Positions 37,466-45,828 of a stretch of DNA of 64,000 nt are shown here, in pieces (within the stretch, counting starts at the first letter, position 1; the number at the start of each line of letters is the position of its first letter). Origin of the DNA: Eutreptiella sp. 'Long Island Sound 2002' (taxonomy: Eukaryota > Protista > Euglenida); contig OZ038378.1 in assembly GCA_964036045.1 (NCBI GenBank), positions 156,922,001 through 156,986,000 of the forward strand. Reading direction: 5' to 3'. The notes under the pieces were generated by a model that was not told where the DNA came from, made no database searches, and was given only the letters and a program-made list of their open reading frames with translations. The translations under genes were made by a program, and so were the position numbers.

Positions 37466-38101
37466 TCAGCTGGAGGGGTTAGAGGAAGCATTGGGCACCC
37501 TAAAACCCATGGACAGCAGCTGCTGCCGCCACACAGGCGTGCAGTGCAGAACCCCCCCCGCACTATAAAAAATCACGCTCCATCGCTCGCCCTCCCATGG
37601 CAATGGAGCGTGTAGTGCCCTGGTGTTGAACAACACCGGGGCTTGGGGGGTGGCGGTGCATGCCCAACCCTCCACCGCCCTACCCTGGCACACACGGGTG
37701 TGCCGCTTTTTTTCCCTCAAGGAGGGATTCAGCAGGCCACCACTCTCCACCCAAAACTCACCCCCCGTGAAAGACCCCACACACACAATAAGCGCCATGG
37801 GCGCCCCATCCCGCAAATGGGAGTGGAGGCCCATGGTGTCCGTCCCTTGGGGGCGAACAATTTGGATGCTACACCATGTGAACCATGGTGGAGCATTGGA
37901 GGTGCAATACCCATTGAGGTCTGCTACCAAGGGGGTGAGGGCAGGCCTGAGGGTAGCAGCGGCCATGTGGGTCGCCCTAAAATTAGAGGGGTTGGGGTTT
38001 CCACTTCCCACGAGGCCAAAGTGGCACATGTCCACTTGGGCCCCATATCGCTCCTCCCCACGAAAAATGCCCTTGGGCAACCCCCTGAGCAAATCCACTA
38101 G
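37466..38101 (-). CDS. TET/JBP-like 2OG-Fe(II) dioxygenase domain (in frame behind the UGA of the upstream ORF)
   Basis: WCSIQI...MGLHSHLRDG...ALIVCVGSFTGGEFWV...PVLFNTRALHAPLPWEGERWSVIFYS, i.e. the G.F.GG.l, F....H and GeR.s..fy signature. No ATG near the start. Confidence 0.75.
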   Translation of the reverse strand, partial: LVDLLRGLPKGIFRGEERYGAQVDMCHFGLVGSGNPNPSNFRATHMAAATLRPALTPLVADLNGYCTSNAPPWFTWCSIQIVRPQGTDTMGLHSHLRDGAPMALIVCVGSFTGGEFWVESGGLLNPSLREKKRHTRVCQGRAVEGWACTATPQAPVLFNTRALHAPLPWEGERWSVIFYSAGGVLHCTPVWRQQLLSMGFRVPNASSNPSS

Positions 38102-39310
38102 TCATTGGCTCCCACTCCTACTCCCGCTACCCTGACTCTGCAACCCTTGCGGCGCCAGCCCCTGCTGGGCCTGCTGCGCCCCGAAGGAGGCACAGAGGGT
38201 GGAGGTGAGGCTGCGCACCTGCGCCTCAGCCACCCCCAAGCGCTGCCCAAGGTCATCCCCCCTCCTCCGCTGCCCCTCCACCTCCACCCTAAGCTGGGCC
38301 ACCTCCACCTCCGCCTTCCGCCTCCCCTCCTGGGCCTCCCTCAGGGCCTCCCTCATCGCCTCCACCTCCTCCCCCCTCTTGGCGGCCAGGTTGAGGGCCT
38401 GGTCCAGGGCACGCTGGGTGTTGCCCTGGGCCTTTTCGGCCTTTGCCAAGGCCGACCTGTGGTCGGCCGACCGACCCTTGGCCAGTGCGGCCTCGACCCC
38501 CGTGGCGGCCGCCTGCTCCACCAAAACCTGGCAAGCGTCCGTCACGTGGGTGGCCACACTGGCCCCCAAGGCCTCCACGTCCAGGGCCTCATGGGGGGGC
38601 TGGGCTGCCGCCACCTTTGCCACCTTCGATGGCTTGGGGGAGGGCTTGGGGGCGGGGGTTTGGCCCTTACCCCTAAGGGGGGGGGGGGCATCCGGCTCAA
38701 CCACCACCACGTCTGGTCCCCGCTTCGTCTGGCCTTTTCCCGGCCTTCCCCCCTTGGGTGCATACTGCCGAATCCATTCGGCAGTGGCGTCCGCCACAGA
38801 AGGGGGGGGGTCATACCCACCAACCTGGTGGATGTCCCCCCCCCTGTGCAGCTTCTGCCACACTTCCCTCCCCGTATACTCCCCCTCCCACAAAAAACAC
38901 ACCCTCAAAAGGAAATAAGATTTCCTTTGGGGGGGGTCGCTCATCCCAAACAAACACAAAAAAGCCGCAACCGTTTCCCCCTCTGCGGCTTGCGGCCACT
39001 TGGCCGTTTCCCCCCCAACCCACACATAGGAGGGGAGGGTGAGGTTGGTCTTCCTCTCCACCCCCCCCTCCTTCTCTGTGATGGTGACCTGCCGGTACCA
39101 TCCCGTCCCCCCCATCCTGCAGGCCTCATCCCCAGGCTCCCCAAACCGCCACGACGCCCCCTCCGGCAGCCTCTTCTCCCCCTCCAGCTCCAACCGGGCC
39201 GCCACCGGCTTGGCGGGCCGTGCCCCCGCTGCTGCTGCCGCTCCGCCCGCTGCGTCGGCTGCCTGGGCGTCGTCCTTGACGAAGATGCGGGGCAGCTGCA
39301 AGATGGTGGC
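38102..39310 (-). CDS. Uncharacterised domain plus coiled coil; probable exon 2 of the dioxygenase polyprotein
   Basis: Strong acceptor (T-rich tract + TTTCAG| at 39311), no initiating ATG, in frame with the donor at 39553. Heptad-rich ALAKAEKAQ...AEAQVRSL. Ends in TGA CTA G. Confidence 0.75.
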   Translation of the reverse strand, partial: ATILQLPRIFVKDDAQAADAAGGAAAAAGARPAKPVAARLELEGEKRLPEGASWRFGEPGDEACRMGGTGWYRQVTITEKEGGVERKTNLTLPSYVWVGGETAKWPQAAEGETVAAFLCLFGMSDPPQRKSYFLLRVCFLWEGEYTGREVWQKLHRGGDIHQVGGYDPPPSVADATAEWIRQYAPKGGRPGKGQTKRGPDVVVVEPDAPPPLRGKGQTPAPKPSPKPSKVAKVAAAQPPHEALDVEALGASVATHVTDACQVLVEQAAATGVEAALAKGRSADHRSALAKAEKAQGNTQRALDQALNLAAKRGEEVEAMREALREAQEGRRKAEVEVAQLRVEVEGQRRRGDDLGQRLGVAEAQVRSLTSTLCASFGAQQAQQGLAPQGLQSQGSGSRSGSQ

Positions 39311-39344
39311 CTGAAAAAAACAAAAGAAACAAAAAAAAAAACAC

Positions 39345-39530
39345 GCGATAACCCGCGCGATAACCCCCGCGATAACTAGGTTATCGCGCGATAACCCCCG
39401 CGATAACCCCCCGCGATAACCCCGCGATAACTAGTTAGAACGCGATAACCTAGCGCGATAACTAGTTAGAGCACCTAGTTAGAACGCGATAACCTAGCGC
39501 GATAACTAGTTAGAGCAGGGGTTAGAGCAG
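39345..39530. repeat. CGCGATAAC array inside the predicted 243-nt intron (39311-39553)
   Basis: About 11 CGCGATAAC units plus TAGTTAGA units. Confidence 0.9.
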
Positions 39531-39553
39531 GGTGTTGTGGGAGGTTTTCACAC

Positions 39554-41677
39554 CTGGTGACATGGACACATGCCTTGGCCCTCCTTCTTGGCGTCGTCCA
39601 GCACCAGGCCCAGCCTCCGCAGCCACACGAAGTCCGTGACGGCCGCATACTCCCCCACCTGCCGCCACTCCACCACCTGGGCCACCCCCTCCGCCTCAGG
39701 GGCCACCCTTGCCACTCCCCCATACAACCCCCTCCTCACCACCAAAATGGTGCCCGCCGGCACCTTCATCCCAACATGCCCTTGCAGGGTGGGCCAGGGC
39801 AGTGCCTCCCCATGGCACACCTTGGCCAAGGGGCACTGATCGGGGTGGCCTGCGACCGCCCCCGCCTCCTCATTAGTGAGGGGGGCAATCACCTCCCTCC
39901 CAACCCCCCACCCCGACAACAAAAAATGCCCGGTGGTTGTTCCCACCGGGAGCAAGCACTGAGCAGATTGCTCAATGCTGACCCCATTGGGGTCCACCAC
40001 CACCTCCTCCTCCTCCCCCCCCTCCACCTCCTCCCCCTCCTGGCATGGCACACAAAGGCCATCTTTGTGGGCGGTGCACAAAATCAGCCGATTGCATCCG
40101 TAGCAATTGGCTACCACCTTCCCCCTACACCTAACCGCCCCATCACACTGGACTGTCCTGGCCACCCGGCCACCAGGTGCCCCCAGCTGGGGCCTCTTAA
40201 TGGACTGGGTCACGTGCAGGTTGGGGAATCGAAGATTCCCCCCCACGGTAAGCTCAATGGCAAAAAATGCCATGAGGCGGGGGTGGGACACCCCCGTGGG
40301 GGAGGCCTTGGGAATCCCCGACCCCCTGTGGACATCAAGGGCATTAAAAAAAAAGGCAGTGCCCCTCTTGAATGGCACAGCCCTCTCCACCCAAGGGTCA
40401 GGGAACCCCGAACTGCTGGAGGGCACAAAAAGAAAATGTGACCCATCCTCCTCCTCATGATTATGGGTTAGCATAATAAGGCAATTGACAATCAATGTGC
40501 CTTCAGGAATGGTGTAGGGGGGGGCGTCGCGATGGAGGTGCTGGGGGGTGTGGTCATAGCTCGAAATTTCGGCCATGTCAAGGATGGTGCAGCTCCATCC
40601 AACCCCCCCCACCACAGTCTTCTTCGCCGTCTCAAGCACACGATCTGCCACCCTTTTGAGGACTGGCAGATCATGGAGCTTGTGGGGGTTGTGCCTGTGG
40701 TGGTTGGCACCCCCATAGTTGCCGTACAATGTACGGCGGGTCCCAGAATCTTGGGGCCTGCCGACAATGGGGGGGTTCTCATTGAAAATGGGTGCCTTCT
40801 CTGAGAGAGGCACCCTATCCAAATCATCCAAAAGACTTTGGAGCTGCACAGCACTCAAAAAATCGTGCTCCAGGAGGTGGTTGACCACCAGCTTTCCCCC
40901 CACCGTTTGCACAAGGTCATTGGGGTCCCTATTAAAGGCCCCCAAGGGCTCGGCGGCAACCACCTCCTCCGCCTCCCCAATAAGGGGGGGTGTTGCCCCA
41001 AATGGAAAAAGAATCACCCCCTGCCCCGCAACAATGTTGGGAGTGGTGACCCCATACCACTCACGCTCCCACTCCCTTGTGGGGCAAAGGGAGTGCATGG
41101 GGAGCTTGTTTTCGGGGTCGTCAGTGCAGACCCGGCGGGTGTTGTGGGTGAGGGGTTGGGGGAACCAACCATCCGACTGCCCCTTCCCCTTACCCGGTCG
41201 GATCCTTACCTTCTGGACACTAATCATGAGGGGGTTGTGGGGCTTCTCCTTCCTCCCCCCAGCCCCCACCCCCCCCGCATCCTCCTCCTCCTCCTCCACT
41301 TCCTCCACTTCCTCCTCCTCCTGACCCACATAGAGGGTCGTCTTCGTCCCCGCACCCTTCTCGGCATGGGCGGTGACGGACTCCACCACCGCGTCCACAT
41401 CGTCCGGATGAAGCTGGATCAAAAATCCAGCAACCCCTGGATTTACCTCTAGCAACTCGAAGATGTAGTTGCTGAGAACCAGGGGGTCTCGGTTGTCCGC
41501 CATGAAGGGGGACTTATGGACAAGGAGTCCAAAGTCCACACCATGTTCAAAGCGGGTCGCCACAGGGCGCCTCACATTGGCATCACCCATCGTAAACCCC
41601 TCAGGACCGCCAAGGCGACGGACCCCAAGGAGCTTTTGATGGTGCTCGCACCAAGCGTGGGCAGCAGCAAGGGCCAT
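39554..41677 (-). CDS. PhyH-like 2OG-Fe(II) dioxygenase + B-box-like Zn finger protein (exon 1 of the predicted polyprotein)
   Basis: QHLHRD (HxD), GTAFFFNALDVHRG (distal His), HPRLMAFF (Arg), then C..C...CYGC...LCTAH...CVPC. ATG 41677 lies 27 nt after a polypyrimidine-AG. CAG|GTGTGA donor at the end. Confidence 0.8.
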
Positions 41678-41734
41678 TATCAAAGAATATGAAAGTTTTG
41701 AGAGCTAAAGCGAAAAGGGGAAACATAAAATGAA

Positions 41735-41882
41735 GCGCGATAACCCACGCGATAACCCACGCGATAACTAGTTATCGCGCGATAACCCCCGCGATAACCC
41801 CCGCGATAACTAGGTTATCGCGCGATAACCCACGCGATAACTAGTGCTCTAACCCCGTTCTAACCCCGCGATAACTAGTTAG
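41735..41882. repeat. CGCGATAAC array upstream of the first acceptor
   Basis: Includes the perfect palindrome CGCGATAACTAGTTATCGCG. Confidence 0.9.
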
Positions 41883-42259
41883 AGCACACAAAGATCAAAT
41901 CGCAAAAAGTGCAAAACGGGCAATATCGAGCAAACGAAACATGGAAGGCACATTGTTGCATCATAGTGCACCCATGTAACATGTGAAATTCCGGGTTCCA
42001 ACCATATTAACAACACCCAAAATTGGGGGGGTTCCGCACCACGCCCTAGAACGCTGCATCCCATGTGCACATGGGCGAAGGGAGCCAGAAAGAGCGAGGG
42101 CCGGGACAGGTCAGGGCAGCATGGGCACAATTCTGAGACGGCGGAGTCATAGCAACAATTTTCATGTAATGACGCAGCTAACCCCATAAGCGCACAGTGC
42201 ACTGTCCTGCTACTTGCTTCCCAGCTTTTCGGAGTATGCTCTGCTGACGACGGCTTTCT

Positions 42260-44332
42260 TTGTGCGCGTATCTGCTTAGTCCTCTAGCACCCCGGAGACT
42301 ATGCAGAACTCTCGAAGAGATACATGCGGTGGAGGACCTCATACTAGGGAAGAGATTTGTGGTATGGGGGTGGGGAGAATCCGAGAGAACAGCCAAAGCG
42401 GTGGCGCTCGACGAGATCCTGGAACGAGCCAGAAAGGGGGGGATCCTGGAGCTTGCCACAGCGCACAACCTGGGACACCCCCAACACAATACACAGGATA
42501 TGTGTCGCACAGCGCTTCTGAATGACCTACAGACGAGAGAGAGCACAGGGCGAGAGGAAGGGAAGCAGGACAGGACGCCGGAGACAGTCCCGAGCGGCGG
42601 TCAGGCACGGCGCCGCACCAAGAACGCCAGGTACCACCCCCTCCCACCCAGAGCCTTCTCGATCATGAAATGGAAAACAGATGTATTCAGGATACCACCA
42701 CTGGTGAAGTGGAGGGATGTCTTTGCATTTACATCAGTGGTGGTACAAAGTTATGCGAAGCTGGTAGGGAGATGTCTCAGACTACTGCTTGGCGAGATGT
42801 ACGTTACCCTAGACACACTGGCGTTGCCAGTTATGCTAGGGGTCAGAGATGTGGTGCAAGCAGCCCGCAAAATTCAGCCAGACAGAACGAAAATGCATCT
42901 GCATGAGGCGGACATTGATGATATGTACTGGGAAATATATAAGGACGAATGCCTGCAAGCAATCGATTTGGCTATCAGCAAAGTACGAAAGATGAGACGA
43001 GAAAAATCACTCACATTTGCGCTACACAGGTCGGGAGATAAATCACTGGATCGAATAGGCTCATCAGTGTGTGACGACTTTTATCTTCTGACGGCCTCTG
43101 AGGTCAGCAAATTCGTGAGTTGGGATTTGTTCGAGAATACCATTGTAGTGTATGGCAGGCTTATCCTGCAACAAGGGCTGCGAGGAGTCCCCATTGGGGG
43201 CCACCTGACAGGCCATTGTGCAGAGCTATGGGCCTGTGTTCGGGAGCATATTGCTTTTTCAGTGACTTCTGAGGACAGACGGGACAGACAGGAAGCCTGG
43301 CAAGCAGAGGTGAACCACCATAACACGGTCTTACAGCCGGTTGTAACACTGCCAGGGGCAGACACGTTTGTCAGCATGGAGAACACACAGAGTGCGGACC
43401 TGCTGGGGGACATCTGGGCAGCCAAGGACAGATACAGGGCTCGCCCTGAGGACGTTCGACAGCAGGGCCTGGGGGGTTGGTGGAACCCCTCCCTCAGACT
43501 GCTAGCCTGGATGTCAGCCCGTCAGACCGATATCCCCATCCTGTCAACTACCCTGTGGGACTCGGCGCCAGGAGGGCGGGTTCAGCATATCCTGCGCCAG
43601 ACCCCCCGGCGAGACGTAGAAAGGGCACGTGACTTCTTGTCACAGTTTGCCCCCTACGAGTTCGTCCTGGCAGAGTTCGGCGTGACGACCCCACAGACAG
43701 ACCTGATCTATCCCTGTACCCTCCTGGCCCGGTTTCGGGACAATATCTACATTTTTTTGATGAACATCCCAGATGAATGGAGAGCGGACGTACTAACCTG
43801 CGTGATGGCTCTCCTAAAGACCATCTACAATGTTTCACTGAAATGGGAGGTGCACGGCCCTACAATGGAATGGTGCGAGTGTGCCATACCACCCACAGGG
43901 CGTCTGCGGCTCCTTCGTAAAGGTGTTGTTCTGAACCTCACCAGTGATGACCTGTGGTGGCGGGAATGGGATCGGTGGTTGCCAGCCACGGCGCCGAACG
44001 CGGGAAAAGTCATCAAGGGACAAATGCCAGCCCTCATGCAAAAAAGTCTATGGTATGCGCTGTCATGGCAGGACGTCCATGACAACCTGCGATCACTTTT
44101 TTGGGGTTTGGGCTTTCACGCATACGCCGTGGCATGGTGGATGGCGCCAGCGAACCGATTCCTGAACGCCAACGGCCTGAGGGGACGTTTTCCTGAAGCC
44201 CTGGTTGACCAATGGTATAAACAGGGCAGAGAGAGGGGGATGGCACTGCGGGAAAGACACACAGAACCCCATGATGCCAGAGCTACAGGACACCGAGCAC
44301 ACGGGGAAGAGGACAGCCATACGAGGGTATGA
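42260..44332 (+). CDS. Endonuclease-less Penelope-like reverse transcriptase, copy A (open 690 codons, 5' end uncertain)
   Basis: Motif A EADIDDMYWEI, motif B' QQGLRGVPIGGHLTGHCAEL, motif C LLARFRDNIY (F at 43733), followed by a thumb-like region. No GIY-YIG, APE or RNase H recognised. Confidence 0.8.
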   Translation: MCAYLLSPLAPRRLCRTLEEIHAVEDLILGKRFVVWGWGESERTAKAVALDEILERARKGGILELATAHNLGHPQHNTQDMCRTALLNDLQTRESTGREEGKQDRTPETVPSGGQARRRTKNARYHPLPPRAFSIMKWKTDVFRIPPLVKWRDVFAFTSVVVQSYAKLVGRCLRLLLGEMYVTLDTLALPVMLGVRDVVQAARKIQPDRTKMHLHEADIDDMYWEIYKDECLQAIDLAISKVRKMRREKSLTFALHRSGDKSLDRIGSSVCDDFYLLTASEVSKFVSWDLFENTIVVYGRLILQQGLRGVPIGGHLTGHCAELWACVREHIAFSVTSEDRRDRQEAWQAEVNHHNTVLQPVVTLPGADTFVSMENTQSADLLGDIWAAKDRYRARPEDVRQQGLGGWWNPSLRLLAWMSARQTDIPILSTTLWDSAPGGRVQHILRQTPRRDVERARDFLSQFAPYEFVLAEFGVTTPQTDLIYPCTLLARFRDNIYIFLMNIPDEWRADVLTCVMALLKTIYNVSLKWEVHGPTMEWCECAIPPTGRLRLLRKGVVLNLTSDDLWWREWDRWLPATAPNAGKVIKGQMPALMQKSLWYALSWQDVHDNLRSLFWGLGFHAYAVAWWMAPANRFLNANGLRGRFPEALVDQWYKQGRERGMALRERHTEPHDARATGHRAHGEEDSHTRV

Positions 44333-44815
44333 GGGAGTGATGTCACATACAATGGATGAAGTGTATGCATGATGAAGTGAAGACATCACACGTGTGCTCA
44401 TGGCATGGCAAGGAAGCGCCAGGGATCCGTGCGACAGTGCGGAATACAGCAAGGAAAGGACAACACAGTGGACCTCATAGGGATGTATTACACCGTATAG
44501 AGGTGTGGACAGCCCAGCTTTGGCCACGCGCGGCCATGGGGCGAAGAGGGGTAGAAAGGTGGGGTGGGTACGATTAAGAGGACAGGGGGACAGAGAAAGC
44601 GGGACAGGTCAGGGGATGCAGCATGAAGCATCAGTGAGACCAGTGTACCATGTACATGCGTACGCCCACCACCTTCACCCACTCCATCCCCAGCGCACAG
44701 TGCACTGTCCATCATGTACCCAGCCTCCGAAATGTCATTTTGCTGACGACGCTTTTCTTCGTGTTCTGCTTGCCTGCTTGCACGTCCACAACTTCCGAGA
44801 ACCCAACCCAACACG

Positions 44816-44955
44816 ACACAACACAACACAACACAACACAACACAACACAACACAACACAACACAACACAACACAACACAACACAACACAACACAACACA
44901 ACACAACACAACACAACACAACACAACACAACACAACACAACACAACACAACACA
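44816..44955. repeat. (CACAA)n pentanucleotide microsatellite
   Basis: About 27 perfect units just after the RT element 3' region. Confidence 0.95.
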
Positions 44956-45494
44956 AAATCTTCGGGTTCGTGTGTTTAAATTGCCATGGGGTGGACAGAG
45001 GGGGGGGGGGTACTTTTCAGGTCCGTGTTGGGCCTGTGTTAACACAACATAGGAGGGGGTGGGGGGGTACTTTCTACCTCTGTGTTGGCCGGCCGTGTTA
45101 ACATGCCTAATGTCCCAAAGCAACATATTGAACCAACAATGTGTGTTATAAATGATCCAAAAATGTAAATTCACTTGTTCCAACAATTTGGCTTCCAAAA
45201 AATGATGCACAAGTCCACAAGACCATTGGCACAGAGTTGAAAGTACAGTGAGCAAAATGGTCGAAAATGGTCCAAGAATGATTCATAAGTGATCCACGGA
45301 TCACCTACCCCATAAACCCCCCCCCTCCCCACTGCCTAGTGTTTGGATCAAAAATGATCCGGATCACCCACCCCTTAAACCCCCCCCCCGCTTGCCGCAC
45401 TCAGGTGTCGTCAACATGGACTCATGTGGCGGCCAAAATGGGATTTTACGGTGGTTTTGAGTGGATTCGGTGATTTTCGAATTTGCGCCCCAGG

Positions 45495-45828
45495 TACCCT
45501 GGGGGGAGGGGGGTGTTTTGGATGGGGTCCGATCCACGATTCGCTCCGATCCATGGGGGGGGCGGGGGGGGTGTTTTGGGGAAGGTCCGATCCACGATCC
45601 ATGGAGTACCTAGTCCCCTCATTGCTACTGTTCTGTATGCTTTGTCGCTATATATTACAATTGGCAGGACACGGGCAATTACGGACAATAAACCATGGAT
45701 CTTCAATGGAGACTAGGTACCGGGGGGGGGGGGTTGGGGTCCGATCCACGATCCACTCCGATCCTTGGGGGGGGCGGGGGGAGTTTTCGGGAAGGTCCAA
45801 TCCACGATCCATGGAGTACCTAGTCCCC
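45495..45828. repeat. ~95-120-bp direct repeat pair (GGTCCGATCCACGATCC-rich), part of an unclassified repeat
   Basis: 45525-45618 is similar to 45737-45828; both end CCATGGAGTACCTAGTCCCC. Confidence 0.7.

Larger units (their letters stand above)
34937..42063 (-). mobile_element. 7.1-kb TIR DNA transposon carrying a DDE transposase and two 2OG-Fe(II) dioxygenase domains
   Basis: Perfect 36-bp TIR TGGGATGCAGCGTTCTAGGGCGTGGTGCGGAACCCC (34937-34972 and 42028-42063). TGTG is duplicated at 34933-34936 and 42064-42067. Four long intact co-oriented ORFs. Confidence 0.92.

Noticed and set aside
37040-37507. CRISPR-like reading of the CGCGATAAC arrays plus a self-matching 33-mer
   Set aside because: Repeats are short, irregular and adjacent, with no constant-length unique spacers and no cas genes; the context is eukaryotic.
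38105-39379. 424-aa plus-strand ORF (also 38199-38918, 39557-40441, 40719-41324)
   Set aside because: Antisense shadows of GC-rich minus-strand genes; Leu/Pro/His-rich with no motifs.
44690-44770. Hammerhead ribozyme in the RT terminal motif
   Set aside because: CUGACGA is present, but GAAA and three stems cannot be arranged in both copies.
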